A stretch of DNA of 64,000 nucleotides from Hydrolagus colliei (lineage: Eukaryota). The stretch is taken from NCBI GenBank assembly GCA_035084275.1, contig CM068774.1:558001-622000 (forward strand), in the 5' to 3' direction. The notes below the pieces were generated by a model. It was not told the origin of the DNA and searched no databases. It saw only the letters and a program-made list of their open reading frames with translations. This document shows positions 24,383-37,800 of the stretch, in pieces. Numbering within the stretch: position 1 is the first letter of the stretch; each line of letters opens with the position of its first letter. Both the position numbers and the translations under genes were made by a program.

Positions 24383-24475
24383 CATGAATCAGAACCTCCT
24401 GCGCCTTCAACTGTCGATGCAGCTGGTGCACATTGTGAGGAGGTTGAAGGTTCAAGTAGTATTCTTCCAGAGTAA
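24383..24475 (+). CDS. Gene A cytoplasmic exon 2 (ITSM lost)
   Basis: Acceptor ttttaccctcAG, HESEPPAPSTVDAAGAHCEEVEGSSSILPE*; upstream intron and coding start align with 45321-45430. Confidence 0.75.
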   Translation, partial: HESEPPAPSTVDAAGAHCEEVEGSSSILPE

Positions 24476-24629
24476 ATACTACACACAAAGAAACCATCTT
24501 GTACAAAGTGGAGTAGGTGAAAGGTCATGTACCAACTGGATAAAGAGACATCGATTGGGGAAGAGAATCAGGAGAGACAGGGAGTTGGAACTTGTCAAGA
24601 ACATATTCCAGCTTCGAAAGAAGGAAAAT

Positions 24630-25090
24630 CAACAACAACAACAACAAAATTATATTTATATAGCGCCTTTCACATCAGGAGGATATCTCAAAGCGCTGAA
24701 CAGTCAGTCGAGACCCGAGCGGGGGTGGGAGGGGCTGCGGGAAGGGGAAGGAGAGGGGGGGAGAGTTAGTGGGGCAGCCGAAGGCGCGGTCGAAGTCTTG
24801 AGACCGGCCTTGAAGGAGGAAAGGGAGGAAGCGAGGGGGGGGGGGGGGGGCTGTGAGATGGTCCCACAGTGTGGGGGCAGAGAGGCTGAGAGCCCGGCCC
24901 CCGATGGTTGGGGGGTTAGGGCGGTGGACGTGGAGCAGGCCTGAGGCTGCTGAGCGGAGGGGACGGGCACAGGCTGATAGGGGGACAGTAGGTCAGAGAG
25001 ACAGGCGGGGACAAGGCCGTGAATGGCCTTGAAAGTGAGGAGGAGGATCTTGAATTGGATCCTCTGGGGGACGGGGAGCCAGGGGAGACG
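24630..25090 (-). mobile_element. L2 3' fragment
   Basis: (CAA)n, reverse-complement L2 tail, RIQFKILL remnants. Confidence 0.75.
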
Positions 25091-26069
25091 GCTACAGGTG
25101 AGAGCGGGAGGAAAAGCTGTTTGTGGAGATGTACTGGACCTGCAGTCAGGGGGAGCAGTGCCTCCCTCATGAAAATAAAAACTTTAAATTGTAGATGATT
25201 ATGTGATGGTGTGTATGGTTACAATGCACATTGGACACAATGCAAACCATTCTTAGTAGAAACTAAACCAAACTGATTTACTGTGATTTGATCTGCCGGC
25301 CTTAACAGCCACAGAAAGGCAGCGAGACGCTGGGCCTTTTCTCCCCATTGAGTTGAATGTAGTTCCGATGCTCCTGCGCGTTCCTTTCTCAGTGTCTCAG
25401 TGTCTCAGTAACGGGCGACATAGGCACAGGCCACCACTGCCTTTCCTCTGTCTGTCCATTGTGATCAGCTCACATTGAAATGCCATCTCCGCGCGTGGGT
25501 ATTTGTGGAAAAAATGACGGGGAAAAAGGCAGAGTCGGCTGCTGCCTTTGGGGGCTGGGTTTACGACGACATCGTAAAGTTTGTAAAAGTTTGTATGGAC
25601 TGAGGGAAGTCCATTTACCCTCCGCATGTCACTGCTGCTGGCGGTGTGTGAGGAAGGACCGGAGTCAGGCGCAAATATAATATTTTTATTATACTTTATT
25701 AAACAGTTTTCCATGTTAAACGCTGTGGTTTGTCAGAGGATTCCCAGCCCCGTGTTCGACACGTCAACACAGACATCAACATGTCGCACAGACAGATGAT
25801 GAAAAGTCTTCAATCGATCATTTGGTCCAGGATTAAATGATAATAACCTTGATCAGGTTACAGTGACCTGTCACTGAGGGATTATTAGCTACAAAACACA
25901 ATGCAATATTACATTTGTCAATCGCCCTTTCATAGTCGTAGAATGAGTGACCCCCATTTTTTGGGGGAGGGATTATTATCAGGCGTGTGAAGCAAGGAAA
26001 CTTGCGCGAGGCTTTGGCTTGACCTGCTGGGAATTGAACCCACTTGCCATGCGAGCGCTCTACAACAAC

Positions 26070-28290
26070 AACAACAACAAAATGACACTTTCACAGCGCC
26101 TTTCACGTCAGAAGGACATCCCAAGGCGCTGGACAATCATTGTTTCAGACCAGAGCTGGGGTCGGGGGTGGGGAGGGTGGAGGGAAAGGGAAGGATTTGG
26201 AGTGAACAATGGGACCATCGAAGAGGAGGGTCTTGAGGTGGGACTTGTAGGAGGCCAGGGAGGGGGCAAGATGGGGGGACTGTGGGATGGAGTTCCAGAG
26301 GTTGGGGGCAGAGCGGCTGAAGGCTCGCTCGCCAATGGTGTGGCGGGTGTGTCGGGGACGTGGAGCAGGCCGGAGCCTGCTGAGAGGAGGGAGGGGGCAG
26401 GTTGGTAGGGGGTTGAAAGGTTGCGGATGTAGAGTGGAGCGAGGACATGGAGGGCTTTGAATGTGAGGACCAGGACCAGGAACTTGACCAACTCAGTCTA
26501 ACCACTGAGCTACAGGGCTCCACAATAAATAAACCTGAAGAGAAGCCAGTTCCTACTGACTGCTGGTAAACAGAGGCTTGTGTGTCTGTATCTATGTGTG
26601 TGTGGAGTAAGGAAACTTTCCTAAGGTTTCTTCCTGTCCTGCCCCACACTGGGAATCATACCCTTTGAGGCTAGGGCTCTGACCACTGAGCTACATTCAC
26701 TCCATGTCTGTCACTAAACTCTCTGTGCAAATAAAGTTTCCAGGTGCAGAACATAATCAAAAATGCACCAGGCTCTGCGACCACATCACTTCCCCCCTCG
26801 CCCGTCTCCCCTGGCTCCCCGTCACCCAGAGGATCCAATTCAAGATCCTCGTCCTCACTTTCAAGGCCATTCACGGCCTTGCCCCCACCTGTCTCTCTGA
26901 CCTACTGTCCCCCTATCAGCCTGTGCCCGTCCCCTCCGCTCAGCAGCCTCAGGCCTGCTCCTCCTCCACCCCCCCTAACCCCCCAACCATCGGGGGCCGG
27001 GCTCTCAGCCTCTCTGCCCCCACACTGTGGGACTCCATCCCACAGCCCCTCCCCCTCACTTCCTTTCCTCCTTCAAGGCCTCAAGACCTCTCAAGCCCTT
27101 CCTCTTTGACCATGCCTTCTGCTCCCCTCCTAACTCTCCCCCCTCTCCTACTCTCATTCTCCCTACCCCGACTCCTCCCCACTGCTTGGATCCCGACCTG
27201 ACTGTTCAGCGCTTTGGGACGTCCTCCAGACGTGAAAGACGTTGTCTAAATGTAATTTTGTTGTTGTTGTTGTTTGGTTGGTCAGGGGATTAAGGGAGAC
27301 AGGAAGAAAGCAGGGAATTGGAATTTAAAGGATTAGAAGAACTACAGATCAGCCAGGATCTTATTAAATGGAGGAACAGGCTTGACGGGCTGAATGGCCA
27401 CCTACTGTGCCTATGATCCTAGGTCTCTATGTCTCTCTCCCCCTCTCCCAGTCTCTCCCAGACTCTCTCAGCCTCTGTCAACCCCAATACTGAACGCTGG
27501 CAATCTCTCCTGTAGATCAATAACTAGATGTAGTTCGTGTCCAGACAGTTAGAGGTAGACAGGAAACCTGAACACTGATCCCTTTATTGCCTCCTTCCCT
27601 CTCTCCCTGTATTCTCTCCCACTCTGTGTCTCACACACAGATACAGAGATTACATCATAACCAAAGCCCAAACCCTCATCCAGGCCTTCATTACATCCCG
27701 ACTTGATATGCAAATACCTTGCTGGTCGGCCTCCCCAACTCCTCCCCCCCCCCCCCCCCCCCCAGGCTGCAGATAATCCAGTCTCTGCTGCCCGTGTCCT
27801 CTACTGTTCCAAACTCTGTGACCCCGTCTCCCACCATCCTCGCCCGACTCCATTGGATCCCATCATCCAGAGGATCCAATTCAAGATCATCATCCTGACA
27901 TATAAAGCCTCCACAACCTCTCCCCCCACCCTGCATCTGTGACCTCCTACCCCCTTACCAACCTGCCCTCCCACTCCCTCCGCTCAGCAGGCTCCAGCCT
28001 GCTCCACATCCCCCCGACACACCCACCCACCCGCCCAACCATTGGCGGGCGAGCCTTCAGCCACTCTGCCCCCAACCTCTGGAACTCCATCCCAAAGTGC
28101 CTCCGCTTCGCCCCCTCCGTGGCCTCCTTCAAGTCTCGCCTCAAGACTCTCCTCTTCCATGGTCCCATCGGCGAATCCTCCCCCTCCCCCTGTCCTCAGC
28201 TCGGGTCTGAAGCAGTGACCTGTCCAGCACCTTGGGACGTCCTCCTGACGTGAAAGGCGCTATACAAATGTAATTTTGTTGTTGTTGTAG
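26070..28290. mobile_element. Cluster of L2 3' fragments, SINE heads and a CR1 tail
   Basis: L2 tails at about 26070-26490 (-), 26760-27270 (+), 27630-28290 (+); CR1 tail 27280-27430; tRNA-like heads near 26000-26060, 26490-26520 and 26600-26700 (-). Confidence 0.65.
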
Positions 28291-28683
28291 ATACAGAGAG
28301 AGAGACACCCACACACACTCATACAGTCTCTCCCCTCCCACCCCATACCTCTCTCTCTCTCTCTTGCTCTCTCTCACTTCATTATTTCTGAGAATTAGAG
28401 AGGATATTGTGGTGACTATTTCTGGTCTTGAGACACTGACTGCGAGTGAAAGAGAGAGAGATAGAGGGAGAGACTGAGTGAAAATTGAGAAAATGTGACT
28501 TGTTTCTGCTTGTAAACTGGGCTGTAATAATCCCAATAATATGAATAATAATCCTGGCGTTTGGCCCCCAGCGCCTTATCACATCTTCAAAACATCTCAA
28601 AACGCTTCGCGGCGACACACTGTAAAGTGTAGTGACTGTGGGTTGAGAGGTCACCCGTCTGTTTCCGCGTTGGGTAGAAATTG

Positions 28684-28693
28684 ACCACATCCT
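28684..28693. promoter_or_regulatory. ETS:RUNX-like composite motif, gene B promoter
   Basis: ACCACATCCT about 30 nt upstream of ATG 28724. Confidence 0.55.
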
Positions 28694-28723
28694 CTTCTGG
28701 CTTCCCAAAGACGAGCAAGAAAA

Positions 28724-28802
28724 ATGGCGTTGGATTCTCTGTCACTTCTCCCCGTTCTCATCGTCATATCCATAAACACCGCGGGGAGCTTGGCAAATGG
28801 AG
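28724..28802 (+). CDS. Gene B leader exon
   Basis: [26 protein letters not shown]+G, 79 nt, donor GTAGGG. Confidence 0.88.
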
Positions 28803-31800
28803 GTAGGGAGAGAGAGAGAGAGAGAGAGTGTGTGAGAGAAAGAGTGTGAGAGAGAGAGTGCGAGTGAGAGAAAGATCGAGTGCGAGAGAGAGATATAGAC
28901 AGAGCGAGAGAGCACGCATGAGAGTGAGAGACAGTGGGGGAGGGGGAATGGGGTGAGAGGAGAGAGCAACAGTGTGTTGAAGGGGGAGGGGGGGAACGAT
29001 AACTAGCATCAACACGATAGGGAGACTGAGAAACAGAGAGGGAGGGAAAGAGGGAGAAGGAAAGAGAGAGAGGGAGAGAAGAGAGAGAGTGAGACGGAAA
29101 AGAGGGAGAAGTGAGAGCGCGCCATTTTGTCAGAGACGTGATGTATGGCTTCCTCTTCATGACTGTGTCCTGCTCAGGGCAGACATTAAACACCACAACA
29201 TTCCTCCACCCCACCCCACCCCCCTCACCCCCACCCCCACCCCCAGCCAACTCACCCCTCAGGCGCTAAAACCCTCACATTTGTCACCTCAAGACTCGAC
29301 TACTTGTCGGCCTCCCTAACCCCACCCTCCCTCCACAAACTGCAGATCATCCAAAACTCTGCAACCCATGTTCTCTCCCTCACCAAACTCCCTGACCCTA
29401 TCTTCCCCATTCTCGCCCAACTCCATTGGCTCCCCATCATCCAGAGGATCCAATTCAAGATCCTGGTCCTCACATATAAAGCCCTCCACAACTTCACCCC
29501 ACCCTATATCCATGACCTCCTATCCCCTTACAACCTGCTCCCCACCCCCCCACCCCTCCCTCCGCTCAGAGGCTCTGGCCGGCTCCATCTCCACCAACCC
29601 ACCCGTCCCACCATTGGCTAAAGGGCTTCAGCCACTCTGCCCCCAACCTCTGGAACTGCATCCCAAAGTCCCTCCACCTCGCCTCCTCCCAGGCCTCCCT
29701 CAAGTCCCGCTTCAAGACTCTCCTCTTCCATAGGCCCATCGGCAACTCTTAATCCCCCCCTTCCCTCACCCCCCACCGTCCTCAGCTCGGGTCTGAAGCA
29801 GTGACTGTCCAGCGCCGTTCGATATCCTCCTGACATGTAAGGTCATACAAGTGTAATGTTGTTGTTGTGTCCAAGTCTTTGTCTATATGTATGCACAACA
29901 ACAAAATTACATTTATATTTAGGGAGGGGGTGAGGAGGAGTGACTGTGGGGTGGATATATGTGGATATGTGGGTGGGTGTCTTTGTCCATCTGTGTGTGT
30001 ATCTCATTCTCTCTCTCTCTCCCTGTCTGTAGGTGACGCTGTTGTTGTTAATGGGACACTGGGTGACAGTGTGTGGCTCCCACACCCTCAGTCTCTCTCC
30101 CTGGGGGAGATCGACAATATTCAGTGGAGCCAGGAGGGCACATCCCTGACGTTAGCAAAATATACTGAACATGGAATCACATACTATGACAATGAGATGA
30201 GGAACCGAGTGGCTGTTCACACAGAGAACCTGACTGTACAGATCAGTGACCTGCAGCTCACAGACACTGGGGTGTATAGGGTACAGACAGTGACGAGAAA
30301 GGGGAGTAAATATGAAAACTTCTACAATCTCAAAGTTTATGGTAAGTTTTATCTCCTCACTCTCTCTCCTTCCACCCCCTCCCCCCTCACCTCTCTCCCT
30401 CCCTCACTCTCTCCCACCCATCCCTTCCTCCAAACCTGCCTGCACTCTTCCCTCGCCCTCCGTCCCTCACCCCTACATCTCTCACTCCCTCATTCTCTCC
30501 CTACCTAGAGTATTGTGTGCAGTTTTGGTTTCCTTATGTAAGAAAGGACATACAGGAACCCCGCCCCAACCGCAGTTTTTTCTACCGCTAATTCCATGTT
30601 AGCGCCATAAAAATTTTGTTAAAAAACATTTTCATTTCATAAAAATTCATAAAGCTGGTCTTGTCCAAGCAGTAGTACATCGCCTTCTCATGGGAGCATG
30701 TGGATTGGGAGTGGAGGGGGTGGGCGGGGGGGAAATATGTCTTACATATATGTAAGAGTTGAAACAACCCTTACGGCAATGGGTTTTCCTTATCTACGGG
30801 TCTTAACACTAACACCAATGTTTGGCGCTAAGACCCAGTTGCATCAACCAGCAACGATGTCACTTCAAGCTGGCGTTTGGCGCTGGGATCCAGTTGCGAT
30901 GTCGCAATCAACCTGCGACGATGTCGCTTCTCTCTTAGGATTAAAGTAAATACAGTAACATGAATTTATTGTCGCTTCTCCGCAACTTCTCCCTTGGTGT
31001 CACCCACCACACCACCTTCTCTGCATCCAACCCGCTCCGTGTCACCCACCACACAATCTTCTCCATTGCCACCCCCCTCTTCCCAAAACCTTCACTTTCT
31101 CTCTCTTTCTCTCTCTCTCTCTTTCTGTCTGTGTGTAGATCAGTCAGTCAGTCAGGCAGCCTCACGGATTGCTACAGATCCCGGCAGCCAATGCTCCCAA
31201 ACTTATCTCCCTATCCTCATGTTTCCCATAGGGCCCTGTATTTTCCAACTGCCGTTCTACTAACCACGGAGGTTTTCAGGAACGTATCCCCCGTGGTTGG
31301 AGATGAGTACCTGTACTCGTCTTAGAGGGGCTACAGGGTAGATTTGCTAGGTTGGTTCCTGGGAAGAGGGGGTTGAGCTATGAGGAGAGGTTGAGTAATC
31401 TAGGCCTATATTCTCTAGAACAGTGGCTCCCAACCTTTTTTTGCTGCGACCCAGCCCCGGCCAGGCTTTAGACCACAGCGCCTCTGCATCCCCCAGCCGC
31501 GGCCTCACATCCCTTGGGATGATGCCGCCCCACTGACCCTTACTCCTGGTCCCCCGTGTGCGCAATATGGCTGCCGCCATGACCCGAGCTTCCCTCCCCA
31601 TTTCAAGTTTTTCCCCCCAACCCCCCATCTCCGTTATTCCTTCTTTACCCTTTTTTCTCTTCGCCCCCCTCGCCTACTGTCCCTGCTCGACCCTCCCACC
31701 GCTTCCCTCTGTTCCAGTATTGGAATCCTCCATCGGGCTCACCGTGGCACTCGGCGCTGGCTGTCCAATAGCAGCCACACCAAGTGCCCTGTCCCCCACC

Positions 31801-34800
31801 ATCCCCGCCAGCCCCACCGGACACAAACCCGGGGGGTCAACCTCTCCTCCCTTATTCAGATCCCCACCCTCCCCGCCGACCATCCCAGTCCCCCCTCACA
31901 CCCCTCGGCCAATTGCTCTTTCCGCATCGGCCTCCAAAATGTCCGCTCTGTCTGCAACAAGACCCTGGACATCAACGATCTCATCCTTGGTGAGAACGTT
32001 GACATCATGGCCCTGACTGAGACTTGGATCATCCCAGGCGACACTTTCCCCCTTGTTGAAGCCACACCACACAACTACACATTCCACCATGCTCCTCGAC
32101 CCAACCCGTCATGGCGGTGGCGTGGCCCTCATTTCAAAGTCATCCCTCGCCCTATCCCCCTATTCCTCCGGCTCCTTTCCCACTTTTGAACAGCTCACCC
32201 TCTCTCACTCCTCCCACAGTTCTTTCAAAATCCTATTAGTTTATCGCCCCCCCAAACCCTCCCCCACTTTCATTTCAGATTTTTCTTCACTTTTAACTTC
32301 CCTTTGTGCCTCCTCTGATCGCCTTATTATTCTTGGCGATTTCAACCTCCATTTCACCCCCTCCTGCCCCATTTCCTTTGAATTTTCCTCTTTACTTTCG
32401 TCTTTCAACTTCTCCCTTCATATCAACACTGCCACCCACACTCACGGCCATCCTCTCGATCTGGTGATCACCCGAGGCCTCAACGTCTCTGACGTCACCA
32501 TCACAGACAAGGCCATTTCTGACCATTTTTTCATTTCCTGCAACACCTCTATCTCTCCCCCCTCCACTTCCAAACCCACCACCATCTTCTACCGGCCCTG
32601 GAAGAAGATTCCCCCTCAAACTTTCACCTCTGTCCTAGAAACCTCCGACCTCTTCCCACACTGGCATTCTTTTTGTACCGACCCATCCTCCGCCTCCACC
32701 GCCCTCCACAACACCCTCTCCACTACCCTCGACACCCTGGCCCCCCTCACCTCCAAAACCGTCTCCCATTCCCGATCATCACCGTGGTACACAACTCACC
32801 TCCACTCCCTCAAAAGCCAAGTGAGAGCAGCTGAACGCACCTGGCTCAAATCTGGCCTCACGGTCCACCGGCAAATCTGGCTGGACCGCCTCCGCCCTAG
32901 CCACCGCCAAATCAGCCTCTACTCCAGGATAATCCTGGAAGCGAAGGACAACCACCGCCTCCTCTTCGCCACCACCAACCAGCTTCTCCCCCCCCCCCCC
33001 CGCCTCACCTCGCAGATCCTCTCCTCTAACGATCGTTGTGAGGAGATGCTGGATTTCCTCGAGTCCAAAATTGAGAAAATCCGCTCTGCGGTTTCCTCCC
33101 CCCACCACTCCTCCACCTCCGCGCCCTCATCAGTTACCTCAACCCCTACTCACCCCCATTTCACACTTTCAACCCCACCACCCCACTTTCAGTCACAAAA
33201 ACAATTACCTCCATGAAACCCACCACGTGCTCATTGGACCCCATCCCCACCCTCCTCCTTCGCACCCAGCTCCATTTTTTGGCCCCGTTCATTTCTGACA
33301 CCATTAACCTTTCCCTCTCCTCAGGCACCGTCCCTACCTCCCTTAAAACTGCCACCATCACCCCTATCCTGAAGAAACCCTCCCCTGATGTGTCGCAACC
33401 ATCAAGTTATCGACCCATCTCCAACCTCCCGTCCTTCAAAGAGTGGTTGCCTCCCAGCTCCGCTCTTTCCTTTCAAATCACTCACTTTTTGAACCCCTCC
33501 AATCAGGTTTCCGCCCTATCCACAGTACAGAAACTGCCCTGGTTAAGGTCACAAATGACATCCTAACCGCCTATGACCAGGGCTCACTCTGCCTCCTCGT
33601 CCTCCTTGACCTGTCTGCTGCGTTCGACACAGTCGATCACACCATCCTCCTTCAACGTCTTTCCTACCACCTCAACCTTCAAGGCACAGTCCTTTACTGG
33701 TTCCACTCTTATTTCACCCACCGTTTACATTTTGTTTCTTCCAATGGCTTTTCTTCAAACCCCCCGCACAGTTTCTCACGGCGTCCCCCAGGACTCTGTC
33801 CTTGGTCCCCTCCTTTTCACCCTTTACACGCTCCCTCTGGGCGACGTCATCCGCAAACATGGGGTAAATTTCCACATGTATGCGGACGACACCCAGTTGT
33901 ACCTTTCTGCCTCATCCCTCAACCCCCAGACCATCGATGTTCTGACAGCATGTCTGTCCGACATCGAGTCCTGGACGAGGGACAACCTTTTGCAATTGAA
34001 CGTGAGTAAGACCGAGGCCCTCCTGATTGGCTCAAGCCAGCGCCTCCGCACATCGGGCGCTGCCAGCCTCAATATCCAAGGCTGTACTCTCCACCTCACA
34101 AAGCCAATCAGGAACCTCGGCATCATGTTCGATCAAAAACTCTCCTTCCTCCCCCACATCCGCGCCTTGACCGGCACCGCTTATTTCCACCTGCGCAACA
34201 TTGCCAGGCTCCGCAACTACCTCACCCCCCGCGCTGCCGAAACCCTCGTGCACGCGTACATCACCTCACGGCTGGACTACGGAAACTCTCTCCTCGTCGG
34301 CCTCCCCAGCTCCTCCATTCACAGGCTGCAGGCCATCCCAAACTCTGCAGCCCGTGTACTATCCCGCACCCGCCTCCGCGACCCTCGCCCGTCTCCACTG
34401 GCTCCCCATCCTCCAGAGGATCGAGTTCATGATCCTCGTCCTCACCTACAAAGCCTTACACGGCCTTGCCCCGCCCTATTTAACCGATCTACTCTCCCCC
34501 TACACGCCCACCCGGACCCTCCGTTCAACAGGACTTGTCCTGCTCCAAGCCCCCCGCCCAAACCGCCCCACCATCGGAGGCCGGACCTTCAGTTTCTCCG
34601 CTCCCACCCTATGGAATGCCATCCCTCAATCCCTCCGTCTTGTTTCTTCCCTTTCCTCTTTCAAGGCCAGTTTGAAGACTTTCCTCTTCGACCGTGCCTT
34701 TTGTTCCACCCCGAATTTTTCGACCTCCCCTACGTGTTTCACCCCTTCCCAAACACTCCCCTCCCAGCTCGGGTCACATGCCTCCTGTGCAGCACCTTGG

Positions 34801-37800
34801 GACGTCCTCCCGACGTGAAAGGCGCTTTACAAGCTTAAGTTGTTGTTGTTGTTGTTCACTCAGAGGGTTAGTGAATTGATGGAATTCTCTACCCCCAAAG
34901 GGCTGTAGAAGCTCAGTCGATCCTTGAACATATTCAAGACTGAGATTGATGGATTTCTTGTGGATAAAGTGATATGGGGATAAGGCGGGGTAGGCAGGTG
35001 GGAGTTAGATTAGAAGATCAGCCATGATTTTACTGAATGGTGGGCAGGCTTGAGGGGCTCAAATCTTGGGAGACCCAAAGTAATGAGATCAGGCTGCTCC
35101 TCCTCCTAGATTTCGCGATATCAACTCCACCCTCCACTCACTCAGTGCCACCATTGCCCTGGAAGTGCTTTTATTCCTCTATTCTACTCAGCCACAAACA
35201 CAAACCTTCTTCAAGTCCCACCTCAAGACCCTCCTCTTCGATGATCCCATCGGCAACTCCTAATCCCCCCTTCCCTCCCCCTCCCACCCCCCCCACCCGT
35301 CCCCAGCTTGGGTCTGACTGTCTAGGACCTTGAGACGTCCTCCTGGCATGAAAGGCGCTATACAAGTATAATGTTGTTGTTGTAGTTAGGGGTATACTAT
35401 ATATGCACAATATTGGGAAGTAGATAGATGTGCAAGTCGTCAAAGAGATTTCAGAAAGATATAAAACTAACAGAGTGATAATGGGGGACTTCAACTATCC
35501 CAGACTGGGAAACACACACAGTGGAAAGGGCAAGGCGGGGGAAGGATTCCAGAAATGTGTACAGAACAACTTTCTGGATCAGTATGTTTCCAGCCCAACC
35601 AGGAAGGAAGCTGAGCTGGGTCTAGTTCTGAGGAATGAAGAAGTGAGGGCAAGTGGAGCAGGTTTCAGTATGAGAGAATCTGGGCATCAGCAATCACAAC
35701 ATCATTAGGTTTAGAATAGTTATGGAAAAGGACAACCATTCAAAGGTGAAGATACTCAACTGGAAGCGGGCTAATTTCAGTGAGCTAAAAAGGAACCTGG
35801 CCAAGATAGATTGGAAAGAAAGATTAGCAGATAAAATGTTAACAACAACAAAATTACATTTATATAGCGCCTTTCACGTCAGGAGGGTGTCCCACAGGAC
35901 TTGATGGAGGCCAGGGAGGGTGCAAGGGGGAGGGACTTTGGGATGGAGTTCCAGAGGTTGAGGGCAGAGTGACTAAAGGCCCGCCAATGGTTGGGCAGGT
36001 GGGTCAGGGGACATGGAGCAGGCCAGAGCTTGCTGAATGGAGGGGGCAGGCAAGTTGGGATAGGAGAGAATGGGAGGTCACGGATGTAGTGTGGGGTGAG
36101 GTTGTGGAGGGCTTTATATGTGAGGACCAGGATCTTGAATTGGATCCTCTGGATGATGGGGAGCCAGTGGACTTGGGCAAGAATGGGAAGATGGGGTCAT
36201 GAAATTTGGAATGGTAAATGCACAATGGGAAGCCTTCAAGGAGGAGATAGTTCAAGGACAAGGCAAATACATTCCCACAAAGGGGAGAGGCAGGGCCTGC
36301 AACCCTCCCTGGATGGCTGAGGAAATTGGGATTAAAATAAAACAGAAAAGAGGAGATTTATGACAAATGTCATGTCCAGAACACTCAAGGTAATCATGTA
36401 GAATATAGGAACTACAGAGGAGAAGCAAGTGGAAAGCGAAATACGAGGGGAGAAGAGATTATACGAGAAAGGATTAGCAGGAAACATAAAAGGGAACCGT
36501 AATGTACTTTATAAAAGAGTTAAAGGTTAGTCAAAGGTAGGATGGTCCAATTTGGAAATCTTATTGTGGAGGCAGACGGCATGGCTGATGTACTGAATGA
36601 GAACTTTGTATCTGTCTTGACAAAAGAAGACAATGCAACCAATGCCACAATATCTCAGGTGTATGAAAAGAAATTGGGTTTGAAAAAAAATCTACAGAGA
36701 GGAGGTACAGTACTAAAAAAGTCACCTGGTCCAGATCCCAGGTTATTAAGGGAAGTACGGGAGCAAATAGCAGAGACTCTGGCCACAATCTTTCAAACTT
36801 CCTTGGACACAGGGTTGGTGCCAGAGGACTGGAGGGTTGCTGATGTTACTCCCCTGTATAAAAAGGGGCAGAAGGACAAACCTGGGAACTACAGGCCAGT
36901 CAGTCTAACATCAGTAGTGGGGAACCTGCTAGAGACGATAATTGGGTCTAAATACATCTTCACTTAGAAAAATCTTGGTTAATAAATAAGCCAGCATGGA
37001 TTTGCTAAAGGCAAATCTTGCCTAACGAATCTGATAGAGATTTTTAATGAGGTAACGGAAAAGGTGGAGAAAGGTAATGTAGTTGATGTAGTTTATATGG
37101 ACTTTCAAAAGGCATTAGACAAAGTGCCACATGAGAGGCTTATAAAGAAAATAGAAGCTCACAGTGTTAAAGGGACAGTGGCAGCATGGATCCAGAACTG
37201 GCTGGGAGACAGAAAGCAGAGAGTTGTGGTGAGTGGCTGTTTTTCAGACTGGAGGGAAGTGTACAGTGGCGTCCCCAGGGATTGGTATTTAGACCACTGC
37301 TCTTTTTACTTTATATCAATGATCTGGACTTGGGTGTCGGGCGTACCATTTCCAAGTTTGTAGATGATACCAAGCTAGGAAATGCCATAAATGATTAGGG
37401 GGATAGAACCAAAAGGATTTAGACAGAATAGTAAAATGGGCAGACACATGGCAGATGAAGTTTAATGTCCTTCCTCCCTTATATCCACTCCAGCCTTCCA
37501 CCACCTCGGCAATATTGCCAGACTCCGTCATTACCTCACCTCCCATTTCGCCAAAACTCTCATCACGCCTTTATCACTTCCAGGCTTGACTACGGGAACT
37601 CTCTCCTCATCGCCCTCCCCAACTCCTCCCTTCACAGGCTGCAGATCATTCAGAACTTTGTAGCTCATGTTCTCTCCTGTACCAGGCTCTGTGATCACAT
37701 CACTCCCACCCTCGCTCGCCTCCACTGGCTCCCCATTCCCCAGAGGATCGAATTCAAGATTCTTGTCCTAACTCAAGGCCATTCACGGCTTTACGCCCGC

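Larger units (their letters stand above)
12101..24475 (+). pseudogene. Gene A: SLAM-family paralog, tyrosine-less tail, frameshifted C2 exon as assembled (pseudogene, decoy or assembly error)
   Basis: Exons 12101-12179, 13639-13947, 17761-18043, (TM not visible, gap 20074-20273), 21110-21189, 24383-24475; each homologous to a gene B exon. Confidence 0.65.

Noticed and set aside
24476-24769. ORF MYQLDKETSIGEE... as an extension of the gene A tail
   Set aside because: Separated from the exon by two in-frame stops and runs into an L2 (CAA)n tail; no splice support seen.
30540-30960. Possible Harbinger-like non-autonomous element with repeated GGCGCT/GCGATGT motifs
   Set aside because: Could not define TIRs or a TSD, so not reported as a feature.
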